From the UHGV virus genome UHGV-1484817: a stretch of DNA of 64,000 bases; one strand, given 5' to 3'. Origin of the DNA: a virus. The notes under the pieces were generated by a model, which did no database searches, was not told the DNA's origin, and saw nothing but the letters and a program-made list of their open reading frames with translations. Position 1 is the first letter of the stretch, and each line of letters begins with the position of its first letter. The position numbers and the translations under genes are program-made. Positions 42,093 through 55,578 of this stretch are shown here, one piece after another.

Positions 42093-42174
42093 ATTTTCAG
42101 CTCCTGTGATTGATTGGATACATGCCGCGCCTTGCGGCATGTTTTTATTTTCACTTTCTCTGTTTTAAAAATCA

Positions 42175-42191
42175 AGATTTATTAGAGCAAT
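42175..42191. promoter_or_regulatory. C1 operator-like site
   Basis: AGATTTATTAGAGCAAT, 16 of 17 matches, at the 3' end of the HAD phosphatase gene. Confidence 0.55.
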
Positions 42192-42697
42192 TATTGTTGA
42201 TGAAGAAGCGCATTTTCATATTCCCTGACCATTAACGTAAGTACGCCGTGACTCCTGAAAACACGCGCCACTTCAATCTTATCTTCCAGCGCGAACGCAA
42301 TTTTACTTAGACCAATTTTCTTCAGGAGATCAATCTTTGCAGGGCCGTCATTTCTGTCATCGGTGGCAGGACGCATAGATAGCAAAGGCTCAGCCCCATT
42401 TGTTACGTGCTTACGCAACCAAGCTCGTGTTTTATCCCTGGCTATCTCACAGCGCCCGGTTACAAACCAGAGCGTGTAAATGCTGGACAACTGGCGCACC
42501 ATATCAATAACTGGAGTGATGGGAGCATCAGTGTCACAGGCAAGGTTAAACTCGTTCCAGTGCTCTGTTAATGCACCTTTGCCAGGTGGTGGAAGTAAAT
42601 GCAGCCTGTCTTCCGTTGCCTCTGATATCGTCCCATCAATATCTACTATGACGATGTACGGACGTTCCTGGTGTGCGTGTTTATTGAAAATACTCAA
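42191..42697 (-). CDS. HAD-superfamily phosphatase (polynucleotide 3'-phosphatase-like), Pap-like
   Basis: 168 aa; HAD motif I IVIVDIDGTIS near the N-terminus. Confidence 0.6.
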   Translation of the reverse strand: MSIFNKHAHQERPYIVIVDIDGTISEATEDRLHLLPPPGKGALTEHWNEFNLACDTDAPITPVIDMVRQLSSIYTLWFVTGRCEIARDKTRAWLRKHVTNGAEPLLSMRPATDDRNDGPAKIDLLKKIGLSKIAFALEDKIEVARVFRSHGVLTLMVREYENALLHQQ

Positions 42698-42769
42698 ATG
42701 CCCTCCTCATTGGACGAAAAAAATGCTGGTGGGCGCACTCCACCAGCATTAAAAGTGACACTGTAACTA

Positions 42770-44032
42770 TCAGCGAACGTAAATAGTGCCGCCGTTCTCT
42801 TTTTCCCATGCATCGCTACGTGCATAGCAAACATCGAGAAGTCTTCTTGCCGCAGTTTCCTCTAAACCCAATTCGACAACCAACTGCTCATGACGGCGGG
42901 TAACCACATCAAACAGGGTATGCAGCCCTTTAGTTGCCAGATCATCAATGAATTCCGGTTCGAACGGCAGCTCTGCCTCTGCCAACATAACCTCTTGCGC
43001 CCACTCAACTCGACGGACCAGTTCCGGGCGGCGGCTTTCCATCTCTTTACAGATCAATTCATGGAAGAACTCTACCCAACCTTCCGGCTGGAACTCGCGG
43101 AAAATGGCCAACGGCTGGAAGTTTGGCATCAACCATTCGTTGATCCGGATATCAATGGCATAGCCCATGTCGCAGCAGAACTGATAAGCAAAGTCCAGCT
43201 TAGAAACGATATAAGGACGCTCGTTATTGAACTCTTTAGGCGATGAGATCCCATAAGCCAGGAGGCGCGGGAAGAAGGAGATTTGCCCTAACGTCGGATG
43301 AAGTTTTCTTGCAGGGAAACGGCGCTCAGTAATGCCATACATTTCCTTCTTGAGCGTCGCAAATTTGGCATTCTCATTAACCAGCGCGGTAACCTCTGCT
43401 TTTTTATTAGCAAATGCCACGCGCGCTTCGCTTGCATCTTTAATAGTTTTTTTGAGCTGTTGGTTAAGGTCGGCGACCTGCTTACGCAGTTCCTGTCGCT
43501 CGCTTTTAGCTTTGTTATAGCGTTTCTCAAGGTTAAAAGGATCAAGTTTCATGATCTCTTTATATTGAGATTTTAGCGTTGAAATCTGTGAGTTCCGCAG
43601 TTCAACCATCGCGGTCATTTCATTGAGCTTTGTTTCCAGCTCAATGCTTATACGTTCGGCATTATCAGCACGCTGGTTGGCGTCATGCGTCGCATCGTCG
43701 ATCGCGTCCTGTTGCTGGCGTTTCAAATGTTCAATTTGCAGCTGAAGCTCTTCAATTTCTTTACCCTTCAGACCGAGATCCAACTGCATATTTTCAGCTG
43801 CATCTACCAGGGAGTTATGGCTATCAGCTTCTGCGTTATAAACATCAATAAGCTGTGCGTGAAGCATCTCCGCTGACTGAACCGCATTATCAAAAAAACG
43901 CGCTGTGAGGTCATCACAAATAACGCGGCGTTGCGCGGCCCGGATGTTCTGGATAATGGCCGGGATACCGGCATTCAGGACGTCAGGGATAGATACATTT
44001 TCGATTGATTGGTTTTGTGCTGAAGTGCTCAT
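42770..44032 (-). CDS. Hypothetical coiled-coil protein
   Basis: 420 aa with a long heptad-rich central region. Confidence 0.5.
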   Translation of the reverse strand: MSTSAQNQSIENVSIPDVLNAGIPAIIQNIRAAQRRVICDDLTARFFDNAVQSAEMLHAQLIDVYNAEADSHNSLVDAAENMQLDLGLKGKEIEELQLQIEHLKRQQQDAIDDATHDANQRADNAERISIELETKLNEMTAMVELRNSQISTLKSQYKEIMKLDPFNLEKRYNKAKSERQELRKQVADLNQQLKKTIKDASEARVAFANKKAEVTALVNENAKFATLKKEMYGITERRFPARKLHPTLGQISFFPRLLAYGISSPKEFNNERPYIVSKLDFAYQFCCDMGYAIDIRINEWLMPNFQPLAIFREFQPEGWVEFFHELICKEMESRRPELVRRVEWAQEVMLAEAELPFEPEFIDDLATKGLHTLFDVVTRRHEQLVVELGLEETAARRLLDVCYARSDAWEKENGGTIYVR

Positions 44033-44266
44033 TTCAAAGTTCCGTATTAGCTTGTGCTTCGGTCATTTTTCCTAAGTATGAAGGAGGAAGGACTACGCAA
44101 TTTGTATCCAGTCCCTCACCTATGGCAGCCTGTAAAATTCTGGCTAAGGTGAGTCTCTTGTTGCGATACCTGGTGATGACATGCCTGATACCGCCGGTCG
44201 GCGTAACAAAGGCGATCAGCCAGTAGTGATATTTCCGTCGGAATGGCCACATAGTGCACCTTGTAG

Positions 44267-44333
44267 ATTGCTCTAATAAAAAAACGTGATGAGTGTACAT
44301 CACGTTTTAAAAATATGGAATTATTAGAGCAAT
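44267..44333. promoter_or_regulatory. Pair of C1 operator-like sites flanking a hairpin
   Basis: ATTGCTCTAATAAAAAA (14 of 17) and GGAATTATTAGAGCAAT (14 of 17) either side of ACGTGATG-AGTGTAC-ATCACGT. Confidence 0.45.
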
Positions 44334-44334
44334 A

Positions 44335-45036
44335 TTATTCTGATTCTTGCTCAAAAAATGAGCTGATAAGGGGAAGCCAATCCTCTGACACTTCGCGAGG
44401 TCGCGGTTTGCCGTGGAAAAAGATTATTCGGCAGTCTTTTGGTAATGCCCCATTCCCCCTGGAGTAACGCGCGCTCGCATATTTTGAACCAGGTTCCACA
44501 ACATCGGCCTTGTAACTTACAAACCATCCTGGATACAGATCCTGAAATGCTGGTGTATCATCGCCCATAACCTTTCGTAAGAACCCCTGGTCACCCCAGC
44601 ACTCAGTAGTGACACAACGAGAAATCCAACCTTCCGGATCTTGCCAGAATGAACTCCAGATATGCGCTTTAACACTATTTGGTATCCACAGGGCACCGCT
44701 GCCACGATATTGTGGATGGTAAAAATCCCTAAGCATGGTGAAGCTGGTTGGTGGATGCTCTAGGATTGGGCGTATATCACCGGCAATAACCGTGTCCAAA
44801 TCCAGATAGAACAGATCATCGGTTATATCCGGTCGGAACAACTCTATTTTCGCCCACCAGCCACGGCACTTTTGCCACTGGTTGATCAATGGGACAACTT
44901 TGACGCCAGGTACATGTAAACGCTTCAGGTCTGTCAGGCAAATAATTTCATAGCCTTTTGGCAGTTGATTAACCAGCCACTGCACATCGGAAGCGTTATA
45001 GTCACCACCAGAGCGAAAAACTAAAGCAATCTTCAT
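44335..45036 (-). CDS. Hypothetical protein
   Basis: 233-aa ORF overlapping ppp by 4 nt. Confidence 0.5.
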   Translation of the reverse strand: MKIALVFRSGGDYNASDVQWLVNQLPKGYEIICLTDLKRLHVPGVKVVPLINQWQKCRGWWAKIELFRPDITDDLFYLDLDTVIAGDIRPILEHPPTSFTMLRDFYHPQYRGSGALWIPNSVKAHIWSSFWQDPEGWISRCVTTECWGDQGFLRKVMGDDTPAFQDLYPGWFVSYKADVVEPGSKYASARYSRGNGALPKDCRIIFFHGKPRPREVSEDWLPLISSFFEQESE

Positions 45037-45725
45037 GCTGCACCATCACCTTTCACTTTCATCAATGTCAGGTTTCCGCAAAATACGGCACCAGTGTCGA
45101 TATACTGCTGATTCCAGAATGTCTTCGGGCTTTTCACCGGAGTGTGACCAAAGATAAAACGATCTGCGCCCGAAATTTCGCCACCAATATCATCCATCGA
45201 ATCACTGATACGCTCGCGCGCCCAGACAACGTTGAAAAGCGGCACCTCCTTACCGAATTGGTATTCATTATCCGGATAGTCGGCATGGGCTATAACGATA
45301 GTTTCTTGCCCGGTGTTCAACTCAATGATATAGGGCAGACGCTTTACCAGCTCCACCAGCGCCCAGGCTAATATTTCCTGATCAGTGTCCAGCATGAAGA
45401 ACCATTGTCCGCCATTCATTAGCCAGTTATTCACGTTGCCATCTGGACTTAACGCATCAATCATCAGCCGCTCATGGTTCCCCATCACTGCCCTGAACCA
45501 GGGCATCTGCAATAGTTCAAGACATTCGACATTTTCAGTACCGCGATCGATAAGGTCGCCGACCGATATCAGTAAATCCTGCGCCGGGTCAAAATCCACA
45601 CGATGGAGTTCGGACATCACTCTGGTGTAGCAACCATGCAGATCACCAACAACCCAGACATTCCTGTATTTGGTACCGTCGATACGGTGATAAATTGTGG
45701 GTGCCATCATGTATTCTTCAGCCAT
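45033..45725 (-). CDS. ppp: Ser/Thr protein phosphatase (calcineurin-like metallophosphatase), Ppp-like
   Basis: 230 aa; metallophosphatase motifs GDLHG, GDLIDRG and GNHE. Confidence 0.8.
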   Translation of the reverse strand: MAEEYMMAPTIYHRIDGTKYRNVWVVGDLHGCYTRVMSELHRVDFDPAQDLLISVGDLIDRGTENVECLELLQMPWFRAVMGNHERLMIDALSPDGNVNNWLMNGGQWFFMLDTDQEILAWALVELVKRLPYIIELNTGQETIVIAHADYPDNEYQFGKEVPLFNVVWARERISDSMDDIGGEISGADRFIFGHTPVKSPKTFWNQQYIDTGAVFCGNLTLMKVKGDGAA

Positions 45726-46333
45726 TCTTTAAGAGTCATCTGCGGAATACCTCCCATTTTCCCGCATGAAACAACGTCAATCCGTTCACGCGCAGACTGG
45801 AATAACAAAGGCAGGTGACTTAGATTTTTTGGCGTGCCGCCGGAGTGAACGCGTGGTTCTTGTGTAGCGTCAACGCCCACCAGGGCGACATGTTTGAATC
45901 CGATATGGAAAGCCAGGTTCAGAGCGCCATATGCACTATTGCCGCTGGCAATTTCATTCTCATCTTCGCAAAGTCCGAAATGTGCGGACCAGCGCCACGC
46001 CCACCACTCGGGAGAATTCGTATTTTTTGGCTCCATGCCACGTTCAGCCACACGACGGAAGCACAGAACGCCGTCTCTGACTTCACGTTCTTTAACATCG
46101 GGTAGTGCCATGCAATAACAAACACCACGGCGACGGCGGCCACGACCAACGCGCCGCATATTGTCTGGCGATGGATCAAGTGTGAAAAAATAAGAAGCGC
46201 GGTTCAGCCAGTCGATGGCCCCATTGACCGCTATAATCGGCACTCCGCGCGGCGCAACAAAGTTTGCGGCGCTTGGGCCACTGCCGACGATAATAACGCG
46301 ATCACTGCCTCTAAATTTATTCTTGGGAAACAT
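45707..46333 (-). CDS. Hypothetical protein, tandem paralog A (GSGPS...IAVN motif)
   Basis: 208 aa; [14 protein letters not shown]...[10 protein letters not shown]. Confidence 0.5.
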   Translation of the reverse strand: MFPKNKFRGSDRVIIVGSGPSAANFVAPRGVPIIAVNGAIDWLNRASYFFTLDPSPDNMRRVGRGRRRRGVCYCMALPDVKEREVRDGVLCFRRVAERGMEPKNTNSPEWWAWRWSAHFGLCEDENEIASGNSAYGALNLAFHIGFKHVALVGVDATQEPRVHSGGTPKNLSHLPLLFQSARERIDVVSCGKMGGIPQMTLKEWLKNT

Positions 46334-46854
46334 TGAATTGCACTGCTCCTACTTGCATTCAAAATATGTAAATCTGCGTGTTTTTTGCGGGTATCCAGGA
46401 ACTGCTGTTGCCATTTTGAAATAGAAACCTGCGTTGGATTCCGTAGGGCTTGAGGGTGCGCGCCATGCCAATGAAGGCCGTTTTGCAGAGAACAGTCATA
46501 GCCGACTAATACCACTACTTCAGCCCCTGATTCAGCAGCCAGACTGATAGCCTGCGCGCCGCTATTTACCCCTTCCGCCGGTCCACAATATCGCCTGTAC
46601 TCCAACGAAAATGATTTCGCCGCCGCCAGGTTGGCTGTCACTTTGCGGAATCTCCCTCCCGGTATGGTGGATCCGTATTGCTTCCACCATGACAAATCAC
46701 CGGCGTATAAGGCATAAATGTCATCGAACATCTGCCAGGAATTGTTAACCGCTATGATTGAACAGCCAGTTTTTTCTATAGCAGCACAGTCCTCACGAGT
46801 GAGTGACGGACCGCTACCGACACAAAAAACAGTCCTAGTCGCCCTGGGTGGTAT
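46231..46854 (-). CDS. Hypothetical protein, tandem paralog B
   Basis: ORF 46231-46893, start probably MNIPPRATRTVFCVGSGPS; 3' end overlaps paralog A by about 100 nt. Confidence 0.5.
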   Translation of the reverse strand: MPPRATRTVFCVGSGPSLTREDCAAIEKTGCSIIAVNNSWQMFDDIYALYAGDLSWWKQYGSTIPGGRFRKVTANLAAAKSFSLEYRRYCGPAEGVNSGAQAISLAAESGAEVVVLVGYDCSLQNGLHWHGAHPQALRNPTQVSISKWQQQFLDTRKKHADLHILNASRSSAIQCFPRINLEAVIALLSSAVAQAPQTLLRRAECRL

Positions 46855-47056
46855 GTTCATTCTCAGCTGCAAATTCAGCCTCCAGGCGAGCATTCATTTC
46901 AGCGATTACAGGGTCCACTACAGCATCTGTTTCCTGTTCATTACGCGGCATGACCGATGCCAGCGACTCATAATTAACCTTGGATGACACGATTATTCTC
47001 CCGATGTTAAAGTGCGCTACCACAAAGAGCGTAAATGCACTAATTAATTTATTATT

Positions 47057-47635
47057 TTAAGCAGCATGCAACCACTTATCGCCGTTCAATACATGCTCAA
47101 TAGCCTCACCCTTTTTAAGACTTATGTATTCCAGGATGGCGGTAATCGCTTGTTCTGCACCATACGCAAGAACAACGTAGTAGCCTTCCTCTCTAAGCCT
47201 GCGCATCCAGGCGATCTGCTCTTTCGTCGGGGCTTTACCATTTGGTTCTTTAAGCTCAATTCGCATGCCGTGATAAATACCGCATGCTTTATCGAGACTC
47301 ATGTCCGGATAACCTTTTTTCTGCCCTTCAGCCTTCATTTTCCCGGCGGTTGCTTTTGAACGCTTCCCTCCGTTAGGCGTTGCATGCAACAGCTCATAGA
47401 TGTCAGGGTGCTTGCGTTCGAAGTAATCAAAAATGAAAACCTGCTCGAAGTGCTCGCAATTTCCGTCGCGCAGGTCTGGGTTCTTTGCCAGTGCTGCAAG
47501 TGCCTTCGCATGTGGAGAAACTTCTTTTACCGGCGCAAGCGATAAGAATGGATCCTTTTTGGTTTTTGGCCTGGACCGCCCCTTATTTCGACGCTCACTA
47601 AAAGCCTGAAACTCTTCCTCAGTAAAGCGCAACAT
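47057..47635 (-). CDS. VRR-NUC domain nuclease-like protein
   Basis: 192 aa; GYPDMSL...GMRIELKEPNGK...QIAWMRRLREEGYYVV fits the VRR-NUC pattern. Confidence 0.6.
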   Translation of the reverse strand: MLRFTEEEFQAFSERRNKGRSRPKTKKDPFLSLAPVKEVSPHAKALAALAKNPDLRDGNCEHFEQVFIFDYFERKHPDIYELLHATPNGGKRSKATAGKMKAEGQKKGYPDMSLDKACGIYHGMRIELKEPNGKAPTKEQIAWMRRLREEGYYVVLAYGAEQAITAILEYISLKKGEAIEHVLNGDKWLHAA

Positions 47636-47637
47636 AA

Positions 47638-47883
47638 TCAGTCAAATCCTGCCGGTCGCATGCCATATTTACGCTGTTTTGCGGCCTGCTCTTCCCTGTG
47701 CCATTGCGCACACTCAGCGTCACAATAGATGCCTGATTCGATCGGTTCATTGCAGTAACGACACTTCCCTGTAAATACCTGGCTCACGACCTGTGCCTGC
47801 TTTCTGATGTTATCGATGGCCATGTCTTTGAGAGCTTCTAATTGATTCATGCTCAGCTCTGCATCATCAACACGTTCTGCCAA
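47638..47883 (-). CDS. TraR/DksA-type C4 zinc-finger protein
   Basis: 81 aa; CRYC...CDAEC. Confidence 0.5.
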   Translation of the reverse strand: MAERVDDAELSMNQLEALKDMAIDNIRKQAQVVSQVFTGKCRYCNEPIESGIYCDAECAQWHREEQAAKQRKYGMRPAGFD

Positions 47884-47944
47884 TTTTGTTTCCTCGTGAA
47901 GAACCTACTTAAGGGCAGAATGATACATTTCACAATCTAAATTG

Positions 47945-47961
47945 CACTAATAATTTTCTTT
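47945..47961. promoter_or_regulatory. C1 operator-like site upstream of the + strand tail/baseplate block
   Basis: ATTGCACTAATAATTTT, 15 of 17 matches. Confidence 0.4.
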
Positions 47962-48029
47962 TATTGAGTTAAATATTCAACAAATGACTAGCGATAGAAT
48001 CACCATCATCTATTTCTGGCAGGCTGACT

Positions 48030-48407
48030 ATGGCTACATCAATCACTACAACCCAAAGCACCCGGCAATATCCTCTGTCGCGGTATGACGACCGCAACAT
48101 AGCCGATCCAATACTCAGGGCAGAGCTGCGCAAAGAGGTGATGCTTATGTGTGAATCGAACGACAAGAATCTGACGATTTATTACGTTCTTCCCGATGAG
48201 CAATATCGCCCGGATTTGCTGGCTTACCGTATGTGGGGCATAGCAGAGCTACGCTGGGTTGTGACGCTCGCCGCCGGGCTTGAGGATGAGTCTCAGGGTA
48301 TGACTGTTGGCAAAAAATTAAAACCCCCCCCTGCCACATGGATCCGCGAAATGATTCGCCATTTCCAATATGACGGCCAGGTGATAGGGACATTATCCAT
48401 TGCGTAA
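48030..48407 (+). CDS. Hypothetical protein (first gene of the + strand morphogenesis block)
   Basis: 125-aa ORF. Confidence 0.45.
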   Translation: MATSITTTQSTRQYPLSRYDDRNIADPILRAELRKEVMLMCESNDKNLTIYYVLPDEQYRPDLLAYRMWGIAELRWVVTLAAGLEDESQGMTVGKKLKPPPATWIREMIRHFQYDGQVIGTLSIA

Positions 48408-48416
48408 GGGAAATGA

Positions 48417-49634
48417 ATGCCAACTGAATATGCTCGCGACAACCTTGGTCGCTATCAGACTGATGGATTAAGTGCAAAAGACTTTAACAAGGTCTTCGAT
48501 CTTATCCGTAAACAGCAGCGTCAGAATCGGCGAAACGCGCGACGTACACTCACCCCAAGGATTATGGGGATGCGTAACCGCGAACTTGAGGCATTCCTCA
48601 GCCTTGGGAAAAAGAAAGATGGCACCTACTTTACGCCCGAAGATATACGCAGTTTCAACACCTCAAGGCAGGCTCATAAAACCAAATTCAAGAGCACGGT
48701 ACCCGGCATTACCTATGCTCAGCTGGTGGCGCAGTCCACCAGCATTGATATAAAACGCGCTAACAACAAGGTTTCTGATGGCACAGGGATCAAAGCCGCG
48801 ACATTTCTCGGGCTAAAACACAACCTTGCATTGATATCTGTTAATGCCTCGGATGAGTCGGTCCACCAGCATCACCGTGTCAGAATTCGATTTGAGGAAT
48901 GGGATAAAGCCGTTGAGGATATTGCTGAAGACGGTGCGAAAAAAGCTCGAATCGCTGCCGATCTCTGCAAGGGCCGGGTATCTTTCGACTGTGATTGTGG
49001 ACGCCATCAATACTGGTATCGTTATATGGCCACGGCTGGTAACTATGCTGTCGCGCCGCCAAAAGAGTATGCATTCCCCAAAATCCGCAACCCTGATCTG
49101 ACTGGTGTGGCTTGCAAACATGTTTTGCACGCTATGACGCGTTTTCAGTCTCCCACATGGCACAAGGCCATCATTATTGCCCTGGAAAAAGCAGCTGAAC
49201 AGGTGGCCTTCGGCGATGACAAGCGGAAGACAACAACCTATTTCAAAGGCGAACTGGCTAAATCGCTCGCGCGCAACCGGACAACAACGACGGATCAGGC
49301 TAAAGCGGCGCGTGAGTATGAGTTATATCTGAAATCTCAGGATGCATTAGGCAAAAAACTACGCGCCAAAGATAGCGCCACGGACAACGTTCGCCGGTTG
49401 TTAAAAAAAGCTCGCACCACGGCAAACAGGAAGAATGCCGAACTAAAAGCCTCGCGGGTGAGGGAGGCCCAGGCTCGCGCTGAAGCCGACGCTCTCAAAA
49501 AAGCCCTGCAAACGCAGGCGAACAACCTCATAAAGTTTTTCATGAGTCAGGGAATGGACAAGGCCGCTGCCACCGCGCAGGCGCGAAGCATTCTTGAGAC
49601 ACAAATTAACGAAGCCCGTAAACGGAAAGGATAA
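48417..49634 (+). CDS. Basic protein with SWIM-like CxC...CxH motif
   Basis: 405 aa; DCDCGRHQYW...ACKHVLH; Lys/Arg-rich termini. Confidence 0.5.
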   Translation: MPTEYARDNLGRYQTDGLSAKDFNKVFDLIRKQQRQNRRNARRTLTPRIMGMRNRELEAFLSLGKKKDGTYFTPEDIRSFNTSRQAHKTKFKSTVPGITYAQLVAQSTSIDIKRANNKVSDGTGIKAATFLGLKHNLALISVNASDESVHQHHRVRIRFEEWDKAVEDIAEDGAKKARIAADLCKGRVSFDCDCGRHQYWYRYMATAGNYAVAPPKEYAFPKIRNPDLTGVACKHVLHAMTRFQSPTWHKAIIIALEKAAEQVAFGDDKRKTTTYFKGELAKSLARNRTTTTDQAKAAREYELYLKSQDALGKKLRAKDSATDNVRRLLKKARTTANRKNAELKASRVREAQARAEADALKKALQTQANNLIKFFMSQGMDKAAATAQARSILETQINEARKRKG

Positions 49635-52781
<3,147 letters not shown>

Positions 52782-52783
52782 GA

Positions 52784-52808
52784 AAAGCCCGGCGTTCGGG
52801 CTTTTCTG
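52784..52808 (+). terminator. Intrinsic terminator after the baseplate block
   Basis: AAAAGCCCG-GCGTT-CGGGCTTTT followed by a T-run (plus or minus 1 nt). Confidence 0.55.
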
Positions 52809-52827
52809 TTATGACGGGTTCAATTTT

Positions 52828-53826
52828 TTATCCGTTACCGCGCGACGGTTTCTGCGTGACAAACGTCTCAAGCATCTTTTCCGCAATTGCCGACCAGGTG
52901 TGACACTGGACCTTTTCAGCATTTTTCACGCGATCAACGCGAGCAATAACCTCATCCCAATCAATCCGCGACTTGATAACCATATGGTTCACCAAAGCCA
53001 GGCGATCTGGCGGAAGGCAATCGGGAGGCGTTAATACCAACGCCCCGCACATTGCCGCCTCAAGTACAGTTAATCCAAGGCTTTCGGGATGCGTAACGAT
53101 AAACACGTCACTCTTACGCAATTCAGCTGCAAATTCGGTTGCTGGCACCGGCGTCCGTCTGTATGGAGTTACCGAAATATTCCCCGGATCAATGGTAACC
53201 AATCCGTCATCAGTCAACGTTCTGGCCTCATACGGAACGGTCAGACGCTGAAGGTTCATAAGGATACTTAAGGAGTGATCAAAACCACTAACATCAAATG
53301 CAGCGTGGTCTACAAAAATACGCAGAACATCGTCTGTTTTGGTTTCCAGATGGAACAGATCCTGATTCGCTGCCCATCCAACATGTTTGTTAAAACGATT
53401 ATGACGCTCTAACCTGCCTGGATTATCCAGGTACCGCCAGGTATCATCGCGGACAGTAAAAGTAATATCGACTGGTGCCGAATCCAGCATAGAACCGTCG
53501 TATACCTGGGCTACCCATCCAGTGAATCGACGACGCAGTTGCACGCCTATTTCCCTGGGCACCGTAGTAAAATACCGCAATCCTGGCGCTAAAATGGCTT
53601 TCGCAGAACACGAGGTCGCAGCGGTCAACACAGCTTCAACATAATCCTCCGGGCTTTCGACGCCGGGGGAATATGGACGATGGTATTGCAATGTTACCCC
53701 TGCCTCACTAAAGGCGCAGGCCAGGTTGTAAGCCCACATTTCCGTATATGTTTTCACATCACTGATAGCTTCAAATTTTCGCCCAATGATCAGGATGTTC
53801 ATCGGCTTTTCCTCATTCCATTGCAT
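52828..53826 (-). CDS. dbn: Dbn-like protein (downstream of ban)
   Basis: 332-aa ORF whose start overlaps the ban stop; synteny only. Confidence 0.4.
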   Translation of the reverse strand: MQWNEEKPMNILIIGRKFEAISDVKTYTEMWAYNLACAFSEAGVTLQYHRPYSPGVESPEDYVEAVLTAATSCSAKAILAPGLRYFTTVPREIGVQLRRRFTGWVAQVYDGSMLDSAPVDITFTVRDDTWRYLDNPGRLERHNRFNKHVGWAANQDLFHLETKTDDVLRIFVDHAAFDVSGFDHSLSILMNLQRLTVPYEARTLTDDGLVTIDPGNISVTPYRRTPVPATEFAAELRKSDVFIVTHPESLGLTVLEAAMCGALVLTPPDCLPPDRLALVNHMVIKSRIDWDEVIARVDRVKNAEKVQCHTWSAIAEKMLETFVTQKPSRGNG

Positions 53827-55196
53827 TAATAATCCTCTTGCCAGTCAGCACCAGCATAGTTATCAAACCGTGAGTATTGGCCGTTAAAAGCCAATCTCAC
53901 CGTGCCAATTGGGCCATTTCGTTGCTTTCCGATAATTACCTCGGCAATGCCCTTCATTTCGCTATCCGGGTGATAAACTTCGTCGCGATACAGAAACATG
54001 ATCAGGTCTGCGTCCTGCTCAATTGCTCCTGATTCACGTAAATCTGAATTTACCGGTCGTTTGTCCGCACGCTGTTCAAGCGATCGATTAAGTTGTGACA
54101 ATGCCACCACCGGTACTTGTAATTCCTTCGCCAAAGCCTTCAGTGAGCGAGAAATCTCGGCAATTTCCAGCGTTCGGTTATCTTGCAGCTCGGGGACGCG
54201 CATAAGTTGCAGGTAGTCGATCATAATCATGCTCAAACCACCATTTTCTTTATAAACACGACGAGCGCGGGAACGAAGCTCTGTAGGTGTCAGGGCGCTT
54301 GAGTCATCAATAAAAATATTCTGCTTGTCCAACAGAATCCCCATTGCGCCAGAAACCCGCGCCCAATCCTCGTCGTTAAGTTGCCCTGTTCGAATACGAG
54401 TCTGATCAACGCGTGCAAGAGAAGCCAGTGAGCGCATCATCAGCTGGTGGCTCGGCATCTCAAGGCTAAAAACCAATACGGGCTTATCGTTACGGACTGC
54501 GGCATTTTCGACGAGATTCATCGCAAACGTAGTCTTCCCCATCGATGGGCGGGCGGCGACAATAATGAGATCGGACGCCTGAAGTCCTGCCGTCTTCTTA
54601 TTGAGATCGGTAAATCCGGTATCAAGCCCCGTTACACCATCATGCGGTCGCTGAAACAACTCTTCTATGCGAGATACCGTTGCATCGAGAATGCTGGCGA
54701 TATCTTTTGGACCACTACCGCTCTTTTGTCGTTTTTCAGCTATTTCAAAAACGCGGCGCTCGGCCATATCCAGCAATTCATTGCTGCCCCTGCCATCCTG
54801 CGCATATCCAGCTTCAGCTATTTCATTTGCGACGGAAATCATTTCACGAACAACCGCGCGTTCACGAACGATATCCGCATAAGCACAAATATTTGCCGCG
54901 CTGGGCGTGTTCTTTGACATCTCCGCAAGGTACGCAAAACCACCGGCGCGTTCTAATTTACCGTTCTGTTCAAGTGCTTCAGCAAGTGTTATCAAATCAA
55001 TCGGTTTGCCATGACTTAATAACCTCTCCATCTCACTGAAAATTTCACGATGAGCACTGGTATAAAAATCATCAGCAACTATACGATCTGCAACTTCATC
55101 CCAGCGGCAGTTATCAAGCATTAAGCCACCAAGTACAGCTTGTTCTGCACTAAGGGAATTTGGCATGGATTCAAGAGGGGATGCAGACATTAGCAC
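53826..55196 (-). CDS. ban: Ban, DnaB-like replicative helicase
   Basis: 456 aa; Walker A GKTTFAMN, DnaB signature regions and N-terminal DnaB-type domain. Confidence 0.95.
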   Translation of the reverse strand: MLMSASPLESMPNSLSAEQAVLGGLMLDNCRWDEVADRIVADDFYTSAHREIFSEMERLLSHGKPIDLITLAEALEQNGKLERAGGFAYLAEMSKNTPSAANICAYADIVRERAVVREMISVANEIAEAGYAQDGRGSNELLDMAERRVFEIAEKRQKSGSGPKDIASILDATVSRIEELFQRPHDGVTGLDTGFTDLNKKTAGLQASDLIIVAARPSMGKTTFAMNLVENAAVRNDKPVLVFSLEMPSHQLMMRSLASLARVDQTRIRTGQLNDEDWARVSGAMGILLDKQNIFIDDSSALTPTELRSRARRVYKENGGLSMIMIDYLQLMRVPELQDNRTLEIAEISRSLKALAKELQVPVVALSQLNRSLEQRADKRPVNSDLRESGAIEQDADLIMFLYRDEVYHPDSEMKGIAEVIIGKQRNGPIGTVRLAFNGQYSRFDNYAGADWQEDY

Positions 55197-55475
55197 TCCA
55201 CCCAGGCGTGCTGAATGTCAGATATAATCGGCATACTCAAATCACTCCTAACGATATGAGTCATCACCAGAAAATCAGGATTAATGCGCCGGACTCTTCC
55301 CGGCTGTCACACCGAATCGCCAGGATGGTGAGTCCCTGTATCCGCTATCCCTCCAACGGTGACTTGCACATTTCGGCTACCTGGTTTGTTGCCTGAGCTA
55401 GGGGAAAAGGTAACCCCTTTAACGTCACCAGACCGCTAACGACGCATGTGCCAGACGCCGTGTTACAACCAAATA

Positions 55476-55551
55476 TGGTGGCCCCTACCGGACTTGAACC
55501 GGTGACCGTGCGATTATGAGTCGCCAGCTCTAACCACTGAGCTAAAGGGCC
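55476..55551 (-). tRNA. trnI: tRNA-Ile (anticodon CAU, ileX-like)
   Basis: 76-nt cloverleaf GGCCCTTTAGCTCAGTGGTTAGAGC...CTCATAA...GGTTCAAGTCC...CCA, near-identical in pattern to E. coli tRNA-Ile2. Confidence 0.85.
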
Positions 55552-55578
55552 GGATTACTGCCAATTTTGCTTACGCTT

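Noticed and set aside
42121-42150. Strong hairpin plus T-run on the + strand as a terminator
   Set aside because: No + strand gene lies upstream; more likely a 5' stem-loop of the minus-strand peptide transcript. Kept as a note inside another finding.
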